From Octopus vulgaris (lineage: Eukaryota): 64,000 nucleotides of DNA. The position numbers and the translations under genes were made by a program. This document shows, in pieces, positions 42,490-55,128 of this stretch. The stretch lies in NCBI GenBank assembly GCA_951406725.2, contig OX597821.1, forward strand, positions 102,796,001-102,860,000, in the 5' to 3' direction. Positions within the stretch are counted from its first letter, which is position 1. Each line of letters opens with the position of its first letter. A model generated the notes under the pieces. The model had not been told where the DNA came from. It saw only the letters and a list, made by a program, of their open reading frames with translations, and did no database searches.

Positions 42490-43010
42490 TTTTTTACTTG
42501 CTTCAGTCATTGGATTTCGGCCATACTGGGGCACTACCTTCAAGAGTTTTAGTCGAAGAAATCGAACCCAACTACTCTCTTTTACTCTCTTACTCTTTTA
42601 CTTGTTTCAGTCATGTGACTGTAGCCATGCTGGAGCATCGCCTTTAGTCGAGCAAATCGGCCCCAGGACTTATTCTTTGTAAGCCTAGTACTTATTCTAT
42701 CGGTCTATTTTGCCGAACCGTTAAGTTACGTGGACGTAAACACACCAGCGTCGGTTGTCAAGCGATGTTGGGGGGACAAACACAGACAAACATACACACA
42801 CACATACACACACACACACACACACTCACACACACACACACATATACGACGGGCTTCTTTCAGTTTCCCTCAATTAAATCCACTCACAAGGCTTTGGTCG
42901 GCCCGAGGCTATAGTAGAAGACACTTACCCACGGTACCACGCAGTGGGAATGAACCCAGAACTACGTAGTTGGTAAGCAAGCTACTTACCATACAACCAC
43001 TCCTGCGCCT
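42490..43010 (-). mobile_element. SINE family B, full length with an extra tail fragment
   Basis: Complete reverse-complement match to the family B head, body and (TTTTACTC)n tail. Confidence 0.9.
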
Positions 43011-43937
43011 TTGGGAATTTTGATAAGATAACCATTTATTTTTAAGATAAACATTGTAGGGTTGGTGTGAGAGGCCAGAGTGAAAGGTCAGATCCGGCTG
43101 GTTTGAACATAAAACAGGTAGAAATTTCGGCCAGAAATGGCTAGCTTAAATACTAATGGGTTAAATAATAAATAATATGTTCTGCATTTTTATTCACATA
43201 GAAATTTTCTGATGCCATTAGAGACTGCGCAGGTGAAATGGAAATTCTTTGCATGTATTCATGTCTCCCAGCATGGACGCTGTCCAATGACTGAAACAAG
43301 TAAAAGATAAAAGATAGCTATACGTATATAAACATATATAAACGTATAACATATAAACATGGGATATACGCATATAAGTGTATAGAAACGTATAACACAC
43401 ATAAATGAGATATACTTATATGAATAGATATAAACGTAAAACTTTTACAGTCGTATTATCTCGCATACGTTTATATACGTTTATTGTAGGCATTTGTATT
43501 GTATATGTATATTATGGTGGAAAACCAGTTAAGAAGTCCCCGGTTTTATTTGCGTTTAATTTCAGTCTGTTGGACGTGAACCATTTAGTATACTGGTTCA
43601 AACAAATTGACTTTCAAGAAGATTAATTATGCGTGTCATGTGTACTAGAAGAAGTCATAAAACTGTAACTTCTGACGTTGTAAAAGAATATTCAGTAATG
43701 AAATTGTGTATAATGAGTGCCGAAGAGGCTGAATATCAAACCTTGTGGCACGTTGCAATGAAGAGTACCATTGATCTGATCTTCCACAGTCAGCGCCAAT
43801 GCATACGACTCAAGGCGGACCTGTGAGGGACGAAAAGAACTAACGAAGAAACTCAAACCGCGATCGAAGATATTTTTTTAAACATTATTTACATTATTTA
43901 CATTGGACGGATATTTGTCTTCATCTTGTTTGTTGTT

Positions 43938-43983
43938 AACACAACGTTTCGGCTGGTATACCCTCCAGCCTTCTTCAGGTGTC
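43938..43983 (-). ncRNA. Minimal type I hammerhead ribozyme motif
   Basis: Minus strand GACAC-CTGAAGA-A-GGCTGG-AGGGTATA-CCAGCC-GAAA-CG-TT-GTGTT. Confidence 0.75.
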
Positions 43984-44054
43984 TTGGAGAAATTTCGATC
44001 CTGGGTTCACATTCCTTAGGTATTTTTCGATGTTAATATTATTATTATTATTGC

Positions 44055-44148
<94 letters not shown>

Positions 44149-44241
44149 GAGGTCACTGCTTGGAATCGAACTCGGAATCTTGGGGTTACTAACATCAAAA
44201 AATACCTTAGGAATGAGAACCCAGGATCGAAATTTCCCCAA

Positions 44242-44287
44242 GACACCTGAAGAAGGCTGGAGGGTATATCAGCCGAAACGTTGTGTT
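44242..44287 (+). ncRNA. Minimal type I hammerhead ribozyme motif
   Basis: GACAC-CTGAAGA-A-GGCTG..CAGCC-GAAA-CG-TT-GTGTT; palindromic AACGTT stem III. Confidence 0.75.
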
Positions 44288-44616
44288 AACAACAAACAAG
44301 ATGAGGACAAATATCAGTCCAATGTAAATAATGTAAATAATGTAAATAATTCCTCATCTCTAAAGTATTGAACTGTGATCGAAGATGTTTCGTTTGAATA
44401 TCATGATAGATAGGACCAAACTTCTCATTTTAATGCAGGCAAATTCCGACGAAGTCGACTTTGCCTTTATTTGTTGGGTCGATAAATTAAGTACCAGTTG
44501 CGTACTGGGGTCGATCTAATCGACTGGCCCCCTCCCCCAAAATTTCGGACTTTGTGCCTAGAAAATTACTGTTTTTAAATCTCACAACGAGAGATATTCA
44601 GCAACAGCACTTTGGA

Positions 44617-44843
44617 GTAAAGGTTGTGTGCCAACATAACATGGCAGTCCTGGTTTAGGAAATCGCGATACACAGATATTGTTTTGAGCTGAGTGAAGGT
44701 GCTAGATTCCCTTGTTCGAAAGTATAAGGACACAGCTCGTGTCGTATAGCCAGCTAAAGACGATGTCTCTTGGGGCTAAATTACAGCAACATTCGTCCTA
44801 AACCAGGACTGCCATATTATGTTGGCAAATAACCTTTACTACT
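44617..44843. repeat. Inverted-repeat element with about 45-bp arms
   Basis: AGTAAAGGTT..GGCAGTCCTGGTTTAGGA / TCCTAAACCAGGACTGCC..AACCTTTACT; shares CCCTTGTTCGAAA.TATAAGGACA with about 3080. Confidence 0.75.
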
Positions 44844-44979
44844 TGTGCCTAGAGTAGAAAAAAATCGTTAGCACGACGGACTAATAATCGTTGTCCAATG
44901 GGTTCAATTTAATCGATTACAACCTTCCTCACAATTTCAGGCCTTGTATCTATACTAAAAGTTATTTCAGGCTAGTTCA

Positions 44980-45395
44980 AGGCGGTGAGCTGGCAGAATC
45001 GTTAGCACGCCGGGTAAAATACTTAGAGGTATTTTGCCCGCCTATACACTCTGAGTTCAAATCCCACCGGCGTCGACTTTGCCTTTCACTCTTTCGGGGT
45101 TGATAAAATAAATACCAGTTGCATACTGGGATCGATGTAATTGATTTACCCCTCTCCCGAAATTGCTGGCCTTGAACCGAAATTTCAAACCATTCTTACA
45201 GGCTGGCTCGAAGCCGGCAAACTGGCAGAGTCGTTACTACACCGGACAAAATGCTTACGCTTTGAGTTCAAATTCCGCCCAATTCGTATTACCTATCACC
45301 CGTCCAGGTTCGATAAAATAAGTACCAGTTATGATACTGGGTTCGGTGTAATTAATTTCACCCTTTCCTCAAAGTTTCTGGCCTTGAGCCAAATT
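44980..45395 (+). mobile_element. Two diverged SINE A copies
   Basis: GGCGGTGAGCTGGCAGAATCGTTAGC head and family core, twice. Confidence 0.8.
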
Positions 45396-45809
45396 CACAA
45401 AGAATTGTTACCTGTTATTTCAAGATCGTTATATAATTTAGCAAGCGCCATTTCTGATTTTTTTTTTATCGAGAAGAAAAACGAAAAGAAACTTGTCCTG
45501 TCTGTTGACTGATATGGAGACAGAAATGAGTTTGTGAATAATTCAAAATTAAAAATCACATCTCAAACCATTCGTCCATGGTTGTTCCCATCTTAAAATT
45601 TAGGAGACGGCTTTAAAGGGAAAATGGGCACCGTTCTTCGCCTTCCCTTCGGTCATAAGGATAATGAATGAAAATACACTACAGCAATAAACTTAGACAA
45701 CACACACACACTTACATACACACACATACACACACACACACTTACATACACACGCACACACGCATGCACGCACGCACACACACAAACATGCTCACAAGTG
45801 CGCATACAC

Positions 45810-46150
45810 ACACACTGTCCTTCCCTTTCGCAAACACACACAGACACTCTATCCTTCCTCCATGCACACACATACACACACGCACACACACACACATACT
45901 CTCCCTCCTATTACACGTACACACACACACACGCTGTCCTTCCCTTTCGCAAACACACACACAGACACTCTATCCTTCCTTCATGCACACACACACACTC
46001 TCTCTCCTTCCAATTCGCAAACACACACTGTCCCTCCTTCTATTACACGTACACACACACACACACTGTCCCTCCTTCTATTACACGTACACACGCACAC
46101 ACACTGTCCCTCCTTCTATTACACGTACATACACACACACACTGTCTTTC
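45810..46150. repeat. CA-rich minisatellite (ACACTGTCCCTCCTTCTATTACACGTAC variants)
   Basis: Several imperfect units of about 33 bp separated by (CA)n. Confidence 0.8.
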
Positions 46151-46725
46151 TCTCCCGCACGCACAAACACTCTCTCTCTTATACACTTTCTCTCTCCTAT
46201 AGTCACTCTCTCGCGCACAAACACACACACACACATAAAATGAAAACACCACTAACAACAAGAAAATATTATTAAAAAAACATATCACGAAGAGGCAGAA
46301 AAGCAACAGAAGAAACAATAACAGCCATAATAATTAGGATAACAACAACAACAACAACAACAGCAGAAGTGCAAACTAACCCAAACTCTTAAGGAACGAA
46401 TATATATTACTAGGGACAAAAACAAAAAAAATTAATGCAGCAAGGAGGACAACAATAACGGTAAAGACAAAACACTATCAACATCATCATCACCATTGTC
46501 AACACCATTCATTATCCACAATTAACACTACCACCACCATCACCATTACCGCCACCACAACCACAATCACAAGCACCATCACCATTATCAACATCACCTC
46601 CACAACTACCACCACCGCCACCACCACCAACAACAACAGCAACAACACTACTACCGCCACCACCACACTCACCACCATCACCACCACAACCACAGCCACC
46701 ACCACCACCACGATCACCACAACCA

Positions 46726-46955
46726 CCTATTTCTTTACTGCCCACAAGGGGCTAAACACAGAGGGGACAAACAAGGACAGACAAACGTATTAAGTCGATT
46801 ATATCGACCCCAGTGCGTAACTGGTACTTATTTAATCGACCCCGAAAGGATGAAAGGCAAAGTCGACTTCGGCGGAATTTGAACTCAGAACGTAGCGTCA
46901 GACGAAATACTGCTAAGCATTTCGCCCGGTGTGCTAACGTTTCTGTCAGCTCACC
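46726..46955 (-). mobile_element. SINE family A inside a (CAC)n tract
   Basis: Full reverse-complement copy. Confidence 0.9.
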
Positions 46956-47267
46956 ACAACCACCACCACCACAATCACAAGCACCATTATCACCACCACC
47001 ACCACCATCATCACCACAACCACAATCACAATTATCACCACCACCACCACCATCATCACAACCACCACCATCACTACCACCACCATCATCACCATCACCA
47101 CCACCACCACAACCACCGCCACCGCCTACACCACCATCACTACCACCACCATCATCATCACCACCACCACCACCACCACCACCACCACCACTACCACCAC
47201 CACCACCACCACCAACCACCACCAGTACCACCATCAGTACCAACATTATTGCTACCACTACCCCTAC

Positions 47268-47499
47268 GATAAGGATAGGATAAAGACCCTTCCCGGGTCA
47301 TATAGACTGATAAGGGCCGGTTTCCCGGTTTCCATGGAACCCCTGCTACGGGACCCCAGTCCTTCGCAGGGGTCCCTCATCTTTGCCAGCTGAGTGGGCT
47401 GGAGCAACGCGAAGGGAAGTGTTTTGCTCGGTCCAGGAACCGAAACCACAACCTTACGATCATAAGTCGAACACCTTAACCACTAAGCCACGCTCCTCC
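47268..47499 (-). mobile_element. tRNA-derived SINE family D
   Basis: Minus head TGGAGGAGCGTGGCTTAGTGGTTAAGG...GGTTTCGGTTCC; short tandem tail. Confidence 0.65.
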
Positions 47500-48131
47500 A
47501 CACCATCGCCACTACTACTACTACCACTTATCAGCACTACCAACAACAACAACAGAAGTAAAAGTAGCAACACCAACACGGCCACCCCCGTCTCCCCCAC
47601 CAACAACAGAAGCGGCAGCAGCAGTAGCAGCAGCAGTAGCAGCAGCAGTAGCAGCAGCAGCAGCAGTAGCAGCAGCAGTAGCAGCAGCAGCAGTAGCAAC
47701 AGCTATAGCAACAAGCAAAATAACAATATCAACAAAAACAAAACCAATAACATCCCCACCACCACCACCACCAATAACAACAACAACAACAACAACAACA
47801 GCAACAACAACAACCATAGACAATTAAGATCCTGGAAATTGAAGTCACTTCACATCTGACTTTAAAAGTCACGATCTTTTATGGCTAAATGAATGGGTTA
47901 TTTCTTTTGAGGCGCCATCTCTGTAGTTGTTGGAGTGGTAGCGGTGGTGGCGTCGTTGGTGGTGGTTGTGGGAGGCATGGCGGTGGCAGCGCCGGTGGTA
48001 GGGAAGGCGATAGCAGCGGCGGTGGCAGTGGTGGTGGTGGTGGTAGTGGCGGTGGTAGGGATAGCGGTGATAGCAGTGATGGTGGTAGTGGTGGAGCTGA
48101 TGACGGTGGTACTGGATGGAAATGGTATGAA

Positions 48132-48365
48132 GGCGGCGAGCTGGCAGAAACGTTAGCACGTCGGGCGAAATGCTTAGCGGTATTTCGTCTGCCGCTACGT
48201 TCTGAGTTCAAATTCCGCCGAGGTCGACTTTGCCTTTCATCCTTTCGGGGTCGTGTAAATAAGTACCAGTTATGCACTGGGGTCGATATAATCGACTTAA
48301 TCCGTTTGTCTGTCCTTGTTTGTCCTCTCTGTGTTTAGCCCCTTGTGGGTAGTAAAGAAATAGGT
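48132..48365 (+). mobile_element. SINE family A, full length, young-looking
   Basis: Complete copy; GGTATGA on both sides (48124-48130, 48363-48369) may be a TSD. Confidence 0.92.
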
Positions 48366-49489
48366 ATGAGTGTGTGTGTGTGTGGCGGGGAGGATGGGAG
48401 TGCTGGTGGTGAAAATAGTGGTGAGACTGTGGGAGGGGGGTATGATGAGGTGGTTGGTGGTTATGGTAGTTGTTGTGTCGTTGGTTTCGTTTGTAGTGTT
48501 AGAAAGAGCCTTGAGATCACGGACACCCGGAAAACGCAAGCACATGACCACCACCCTGCTTGGCGGAGCTGCGTCACCAAAGGTTTCCCACTGTCTTATG
48601 AACAGAACAAGATGGCAGCAGCACAAACAAAGCAAACGACCTCTCGCAAGTTCAGCCTTAGTCTCGACAATCCATCGGTGCCCGACCTGCAGCAGAGACT
48701 TCGAGCATTGATCAGACTTAATGGTCAAAGCCGGACACACCGTGTCTCGTCTTCTCTTCCCGTGTGATAACCTTGCTCATCGTCGACAACGACGGACGAT
48801 CTGATGTGTGATACTCGTGTTGTTGATAGTGGTAGTAGTAGTAGTAGTAGTGGTGGCTGGGCGGTTGTAGTTGTGGGGCTGGGTGGTGTGTTGGTATGGT
48901 ATTATTGGTGGTGGTGGTAATGATGATGATGGTGATGGTGGTGATTGTGATGATGGTGGTAGTGGTTGTTATGATGATGGTGGTGGTGGTGGTGATGATG
49001 ATGATGATGATGGTGGTAGTGGTGGTGGGGATGATGGTAGTGGTGGTGATGATGGTGGTGGTGGTGATGATGGTGGTGGTGGTGATGGTGGTGGTTGGGA
49101 TGGTGGTGGTGGTGATTGTGACGATGGTCGTGGTGGTGCTGCTGCTGATGGTGGTGTTGGTGGTGATGATGGTGGTGGTGTTGGTGATGATGACAGTATA
49201 GGTGATAGAGATGAAGAAGCTGGTAGCGTGCGTGGTTGTTAGTGATGGCGGTGGAGATGGTGGTAGAGCGAATGTGACTGATTCAGTAGGAAAATTTGGC
49301 TATTAATTTTAGCAGATCAAGTGATCACACGGCTGCTCGTGTAGTTCTGATTATTATGCCTGTGAAAGCTGTTTAGAGAATTGTGATGATTTTGGTGATG
49401 GGTGCGAATCATATTTGATGACGTATACCACATGTACACACACACACACACACACATACACACAAATTTATGTACATACATACATACAT

Positions 49490-50240
49490 AACCTAGAATA
49501 CATGGCTAAAGAAGTCGCACGACTCAACTGCAACATGCCATCAGATGAAAGGATGAGCTTATATGAGTAGAAGACTATGCATGGACATATTAGTAGAAAG
49601 CTCCGAGATAATAGTAATATCGATCCGATCATCAAAGCTGTTTATCATGGATCAATAGCCGGATTACTACCTCCCACTTTGAAAGGTATGCGTTTGTAAT
49701 CCAGGAACAGGAAATAGCAGGTAAGTACTTGATGCACAAAAGGGATAAAGATACAGGTAAAGCCGTAAAATATGACATCCGATGCAGACGTTGGGGAGTA
49801 CACACTGAAGGTATCAGCAACCTCATAAGCAGTTGTCCGAAAATGTCATCACGGCATTATCTACCGGTGAGACATGATTTGTAGCTAGGACACTCTATAA
49901 TGAAATCCGTCGGAAGGATAATCCCGAGGACACAGAAATAAGAACCCACAATGTGGTAGACGACATAGCCACTCATAATAAAAAGGAGGTCTGGTGAAAT
50001 GTCCCAGTGATGACCTCAATAAAATGTAAGCACAACAGACCTGACAAAATGATTTGGGATAGAGAAGAGAAACTGTGCGCAGTTGTGGAAATCAGCTGCC
50101 CAGCGGATGTTAACATAAAGCTGAACATCAGTGAAAAAGAGAACACCTATGCTGAACTATTGAAAAATCTGCAGGTAGTCTATCCAGATTACAAGTTCAG
50201 GTTTATGCTTGTAATTTTTTGAGCGCTGGGATATGTAACA
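49490..50240 (+). mobile_element. R4/Dong-like non-LTR retrotransposon 3' fragment (zinc knuckle plus RLE)
   Basis: AFVIQEQEI..CRRWG..E..LISSCPKMSSRHYLPVRHD, then HNRPDKMIWD..VVEISCP..EKENTY..L (PD..E/K restriction-like endonuclease); stops and a frameshift. Confidence 0.88.
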
Positions 50241-50368
50241 CACACATACATAATGTATGTATGCAATATATATATATATTCCTGCTTCCATATTTCCTGA
50301 GCGCCTATTAATAATAATACTGTAATTGTTCCACGTGTTGTTGTTGTTTTTGTTTTCCCGTTTGGATT

Positions 50369-50402
<34 letters not shown>

Positions 50403-50406
50403 AATG

Positions 50407-50464
<58 letters not shown>

Positions 50465-51123
50465 TATATATATATGTGTGTGTGTGTTTGTGTTGTGTGC
50501 GTGTTTATTTATAGGTGTATTCCTGAGTGTATTCATCTGAATTTACATATCTGCGACATACAACATATTTCATTTAGTTATTGTTGTTGTTGTTGTTATT
50601 ATTGTTGCTGCTTCTTTTGCTGTTATACCCAGTGCAGTACCTGCATTCGACGTAATCGTGGTGTGAATGAGCCTGGGAATCTAAAAAAAAAAAGAAAAAA
50701 ACAAAAAAAAAAAAAAAACAGAGGGGAATCAAGAGGAGATAACTGCATAATAAATATGACCAGTGTTTAATGAATATCAAAAATTACATAAACCAATACT
50801 GGAATAGCTTACGGCATACTCGGTGGTTTATCCTTAATTCTCGATAAGATGTGTTGTGTAAATGTGGACATGTAAAAGAAATCTTGTTCTTAGTATTTAT
50901 CTCGTTCTTAGTCCCTGAAGGTTCTGAAGTATTTTAAACGGTACAGCTTTTCACACGAGCATACGAAACACATTTTTTGACCTGTTAATGTAAGGCTTGG
51001 TCTTAGAAGGTTTCTTCCATTTGATATTGTTGTTCTCATCCTTAAGACTCCAGATTAATGCCGAGAGGCATTAATCATTACACACACACACACACACATT
51101 GAAATATATATTCATATGTTATG

Positions 51124-51160
<37 letters not shown>

Positions 51161-51165
<5 letters not shown>

Positions 51166-52122
51166 TAAACAGTAAAAATAATTACAGACATGGACAAGAA
51201 CATGAAACGCCACAGAGACGACACAAGAACCACAGGACGGGACATTCGAAGCCCTCAGTCATCAGTCAAGAACCAGATCATCTTAGCAATTTCGGCTGAT
51301 TAATCTTGAGATTGCTCCGATATGGGCAGCCCGCCAAGGGAAATCTAAGCCAAGTGCATTAGATCCCCTGGAAGAAAGCTTCGAATGTATACAACACGAG
51401 GACGGGAAACGAACGAAGTACACGAACAAAAATACAGAATACGTGACAACAATAAGAATACAAAAACGTAAAAACAATAACGGTAAAAATAAAAAATAAA
51501 AAATAAACAACAAAACAAAACCAGGACGTAGGACAAGGGTCTTTCGACAGGACGAATTGAGTATGGGGCTGGCTTATGAAGTTGTGCCTAATGGCCACAG
51601 GGAGACGAACAAATACGTGTTGCTTCAGCGGCTGCTGGAACGAAAAGAGCGCTCAACAGCGGCTAGCGGTCACGTGAGAACAAAAGACAAGAGAAAGGGA
51701 CAGATGAAAAAGAGAGAAGGTGGACGAGGGAGGAGAAGAAAGAGACAGAACGAGGGGGCTGGAGGTGAGAGAGATAGAGAAACGTAGAAGGGGGGGGAAG
51801 ACGGATGGAGAGGGAAAGAAAGGAGGGGGAATAAGGGAGGAGAGAAAGAAAGATTAAGAGTCGTATCGATGCTTGAGAAAAAATATACTTATCGTATAAG
51901 GACAATTGTGGATACGTAGCCGCCGATTATATAGGTAAACAGTAAAAATAATTACAGACATGGACAAGAACATGAAACGCCACAGAGACGACACAAGAAC
52001 CACAGGACGGGACATTCGAAGCCCTCAGTCATCAGTCAAGAACCAGATCATCTTAGCAATTTCGGCTGATTAATCTTGAGATTGCTCCGATATGGGCAGC
52101 CCGCCAAGGGAAATCTAAGCCA
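51161..52122 (-). mobile_element. Non-coding retrozyme/PLE-like element: 770-bp unit with identical 192-bp direct repeats, in (TA)n
   Basis: 51161-51352 identical to 51931-52122; no credible ORF; each repeat carries hammerhead core motifs on the minus strand. Confidence 0.75.
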
Positions 52123-52441
52123 TATATATATATACGTATACGTATTTATTTATATGTGTATATATACATCATATACATCTATCCATAAATGCATACACGT
52201 ATACGTGCCCTACATTCATAAATTCATTTATACACACGCACATACATACATACATACATACATACATACATACACACACACATACATACATACATACATA
52301 CATACATACATACATACATACATACGTACATACATGCATACATACATACATACATATATACATAGATACATACATACATACATACATACATACATACATA
52401 CATACATACATACAAGCCTATATACATACATGCAAGCATAC

Positions 52442-52611
52442 ATCCAACGAGCTTTGGGCTTCTTTGGACGCCAATTTTCCCCTGCCTTGCGGCAGTATAT
52501 TCTTCGCAAGTTTGGTCTTTAATCTGGTGTTCCTTCTCTGCTGGTAGCGCTCTTATGCTCTTAGACGGAAATGAAGCCGTTTCATCACTTTATATTCTTC
52601 GTAGATTTCCT
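52442..52611 (-). other. Candidate non-coding/UTR exon
   Basis: Minus strand: long poly-T tract + GACAG acceptor, unique sequence, then GAT|GTATGC donor; stops in all three frames. Confidence 0.35.
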
Positions 52612-52883
52612 CTGTCAAAAAATAAAACAAAAAAAACAAAAAAAAAAAAAGAAAGAAAAGAAAGAAAGAAGTAAATGAAGAAGAAAAACTAAAAGAATAA
52701 TCTGACAACACTTGAAAGTGAGAAACAATTATTTAAAGACATTTCCTTAAGGCAGAGGTTACAAATGACCGTCTATTAGTTAGAAATGGCAAATAAATAA
52801 ACGTAATGAATAAATAAATGCATAGCTGTTTTGTACTGACGCTGAAGTCAGAATCAAAAACGAACGCCATTTGTGTGGAGTGG

Positions 52884-52897
52884 AGCGCCATCTGGTG
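52884..52897 (-). promoter_or_regulatory. CTCF-like motif
   Basis: Minus strand CACCAGATGGCGCT matches the CTCF core consensus; lies in unique DNA with a nearby CCAAT. Confidence 0.4.
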
Positions 52898-53330
52898 CCA
52901 TGTTTATGCAACAATAATGTAAAATGCCAATCAAGCAGAACTTTGACTTGGCAGCTATCTTACATAATATTAATTTTAATAAGACAAGTCGTAAAGTAAA
53001 AAGTGAGTATTAGATAGTTGACAGATTCTTTTTCTGACTTCCCGTCTTTATGATAAATGAAGCTAAAACAAAAATGTAAGAAAAACGCAAAAGGGGAAAA
53101 CAACGTACATTGAAAAATACGCCATACATACATACATACATACATGCATACATACATACATACACATTTATACACAAATATATATATGTGTGTGTGTGTG
53201 TGTATGTGTGTGCGTGTGTGTGTGTATATGCGTATATGTATATGCATATATATATATATATATATATCCATGTATCAATATATAAACATATATAAAAATA
53301 GAACACACACACACACACATATCTATATAA

Positions 53331-53374
<44 letters not shown>

Positions 53375-53402
53375 ATATATATATACATACATATATATAT
53401 AC

Positions 53403-53451
<49 letters not shown>

Positions 53452-53549
53452 TTTATGTATGTATTATATTCATATATGTATATATATATATATATATATA
53501 TAAATGAGCAGATCTGCACTTCCTCTTCCTCTTCAGACACGAGAACCGA

Positions 53550-53609
<60 letters not shown>

Positions 53610-54175
53610 TGTCGTTTTTCTTTTCTGTTTGTTGTTGTTGTTGTTGCTCTTCTTGTTTTGTTGTTGTCATTTTAAGCATCAGTAATAATATAAATCATCT
53701 AAACTTCCTGTCGAAAAAAAGGAGTACGGTATTGCACCGAATGGTAGTCTGCTCTCCGATTGGCTACTGCTGCTGCCACTGCTGCTGTTGCTGCTACTGA
53801 TGCAATAAAAATTATTGAGTAGCCTGCCATACATGCTGTTGCTAGCTGTTTATTTTATATATGATTGATTTATGAGCATTTTACAAACAGAGAGGAGGGG
53901 AATGGCGAGAGAGAGTTTATGTGTGTATATGTGTGTGTGTGTGTGTGGTGTTTGCACGGAAGAAAGAAGCTCTTTGGTTTGTTATCCACTTGTAATTATG
54001 GCGACGTCTATACTGTAAGAAGGGTGTTAAGAAATGGTGAGCGATTTCTTCGTTTTTCGCCACTTTTAAAACAATTATTAGTCGTTTAAGCTTAAGGTAC
54101 TATTTATTCGTTTACTTTTCTCTTGGGATGTATATCTCTTTGTGTGTGTGTGTGTGTGGTGTGTGTGTGTGTATG

Positions 54176-54234
<59 letters not shown>

Positions 54235-54304
54235 GTCTGTCTCTCTCTCTCTCTCTCCATCTATCAATCAATCTACCTATCTAACTACCTGTCTATCGGT
54301 CTGC

Positions 54305-54382
<78 letters not shown>

Positions 54383-54383
54383 G

Positions 54384-54458
<75 letters not shown>

Positions 54459-54483
54459 GTCTATCTATCTATCTATCTGTCTG

Positions 54484-54524
<41 letters not shown>

Positions 54525-54983
54525 TTATCAGCCTTCTTCTCTGCCAGTCTGTCTGTCTGTCTGTCTGTCTCTCCCCCTCTCTCCCTATCTACCTAACGAT
54601 GCATATACATAATAAATATATGTATATATGTGTGTGGGAGTTATGCATCTTGTTTGTCATTCGCTCTTCTATGTTTATTTCACCCACCACACAATCTTCT
54701 TCATGTGAATCTGTGCTGTGCGCCACATAAATGCGTTTGAATAGGAATACGTGCGTATATATTGGTCAGTGTGCATGTACGAGCCTCAGCGTGTGTGTGT
54801 GTACACGAGCTAATATATGTGTGTGTGTGTGTCGGTGGGTGTGTAAGTAAGTATGTCTATCTGTCTGTACGTATACATGTGTATGTATCTATACATAGTA
54901 TATATGTATATATATATACATAGATACATACAAACACATACACACACATATATATATAAATATATGTATATATAAATATATAT

Positions 54984-55025
<42 letters not shown>

Positions 55026-55040
55026 GTATATCTATATCTA

Positions 55041-55128
<88 letters not shown>

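Larger units (their letters stand above)
43872..44370. mobile_element. Inverted dimer of the tRNA-headed HHR element with a 16-bp TSD
   Basis: Arms about 43880-44035 and 44190-44350 are reverse complements; flanks AACCGCGATCGAAGAT (43856-43871) and AACTGTGATCGAAGAT (44371-44386). Confidence 0.85.

Noticed and set aside
46752-49242. Pro-, His- or Gly-rich proteins and a poly-S/N ORF
   Set aside because: They derive from CAC/GTG/AGC/AAC repeats joined to SINE sequence.
51161-52122. LTR retrotransposon or TRIM
   Set aside because: The direct repeats lack TG..CA ends, and I see no primer-binding site or TSD; the layout fits a partial tandem better.
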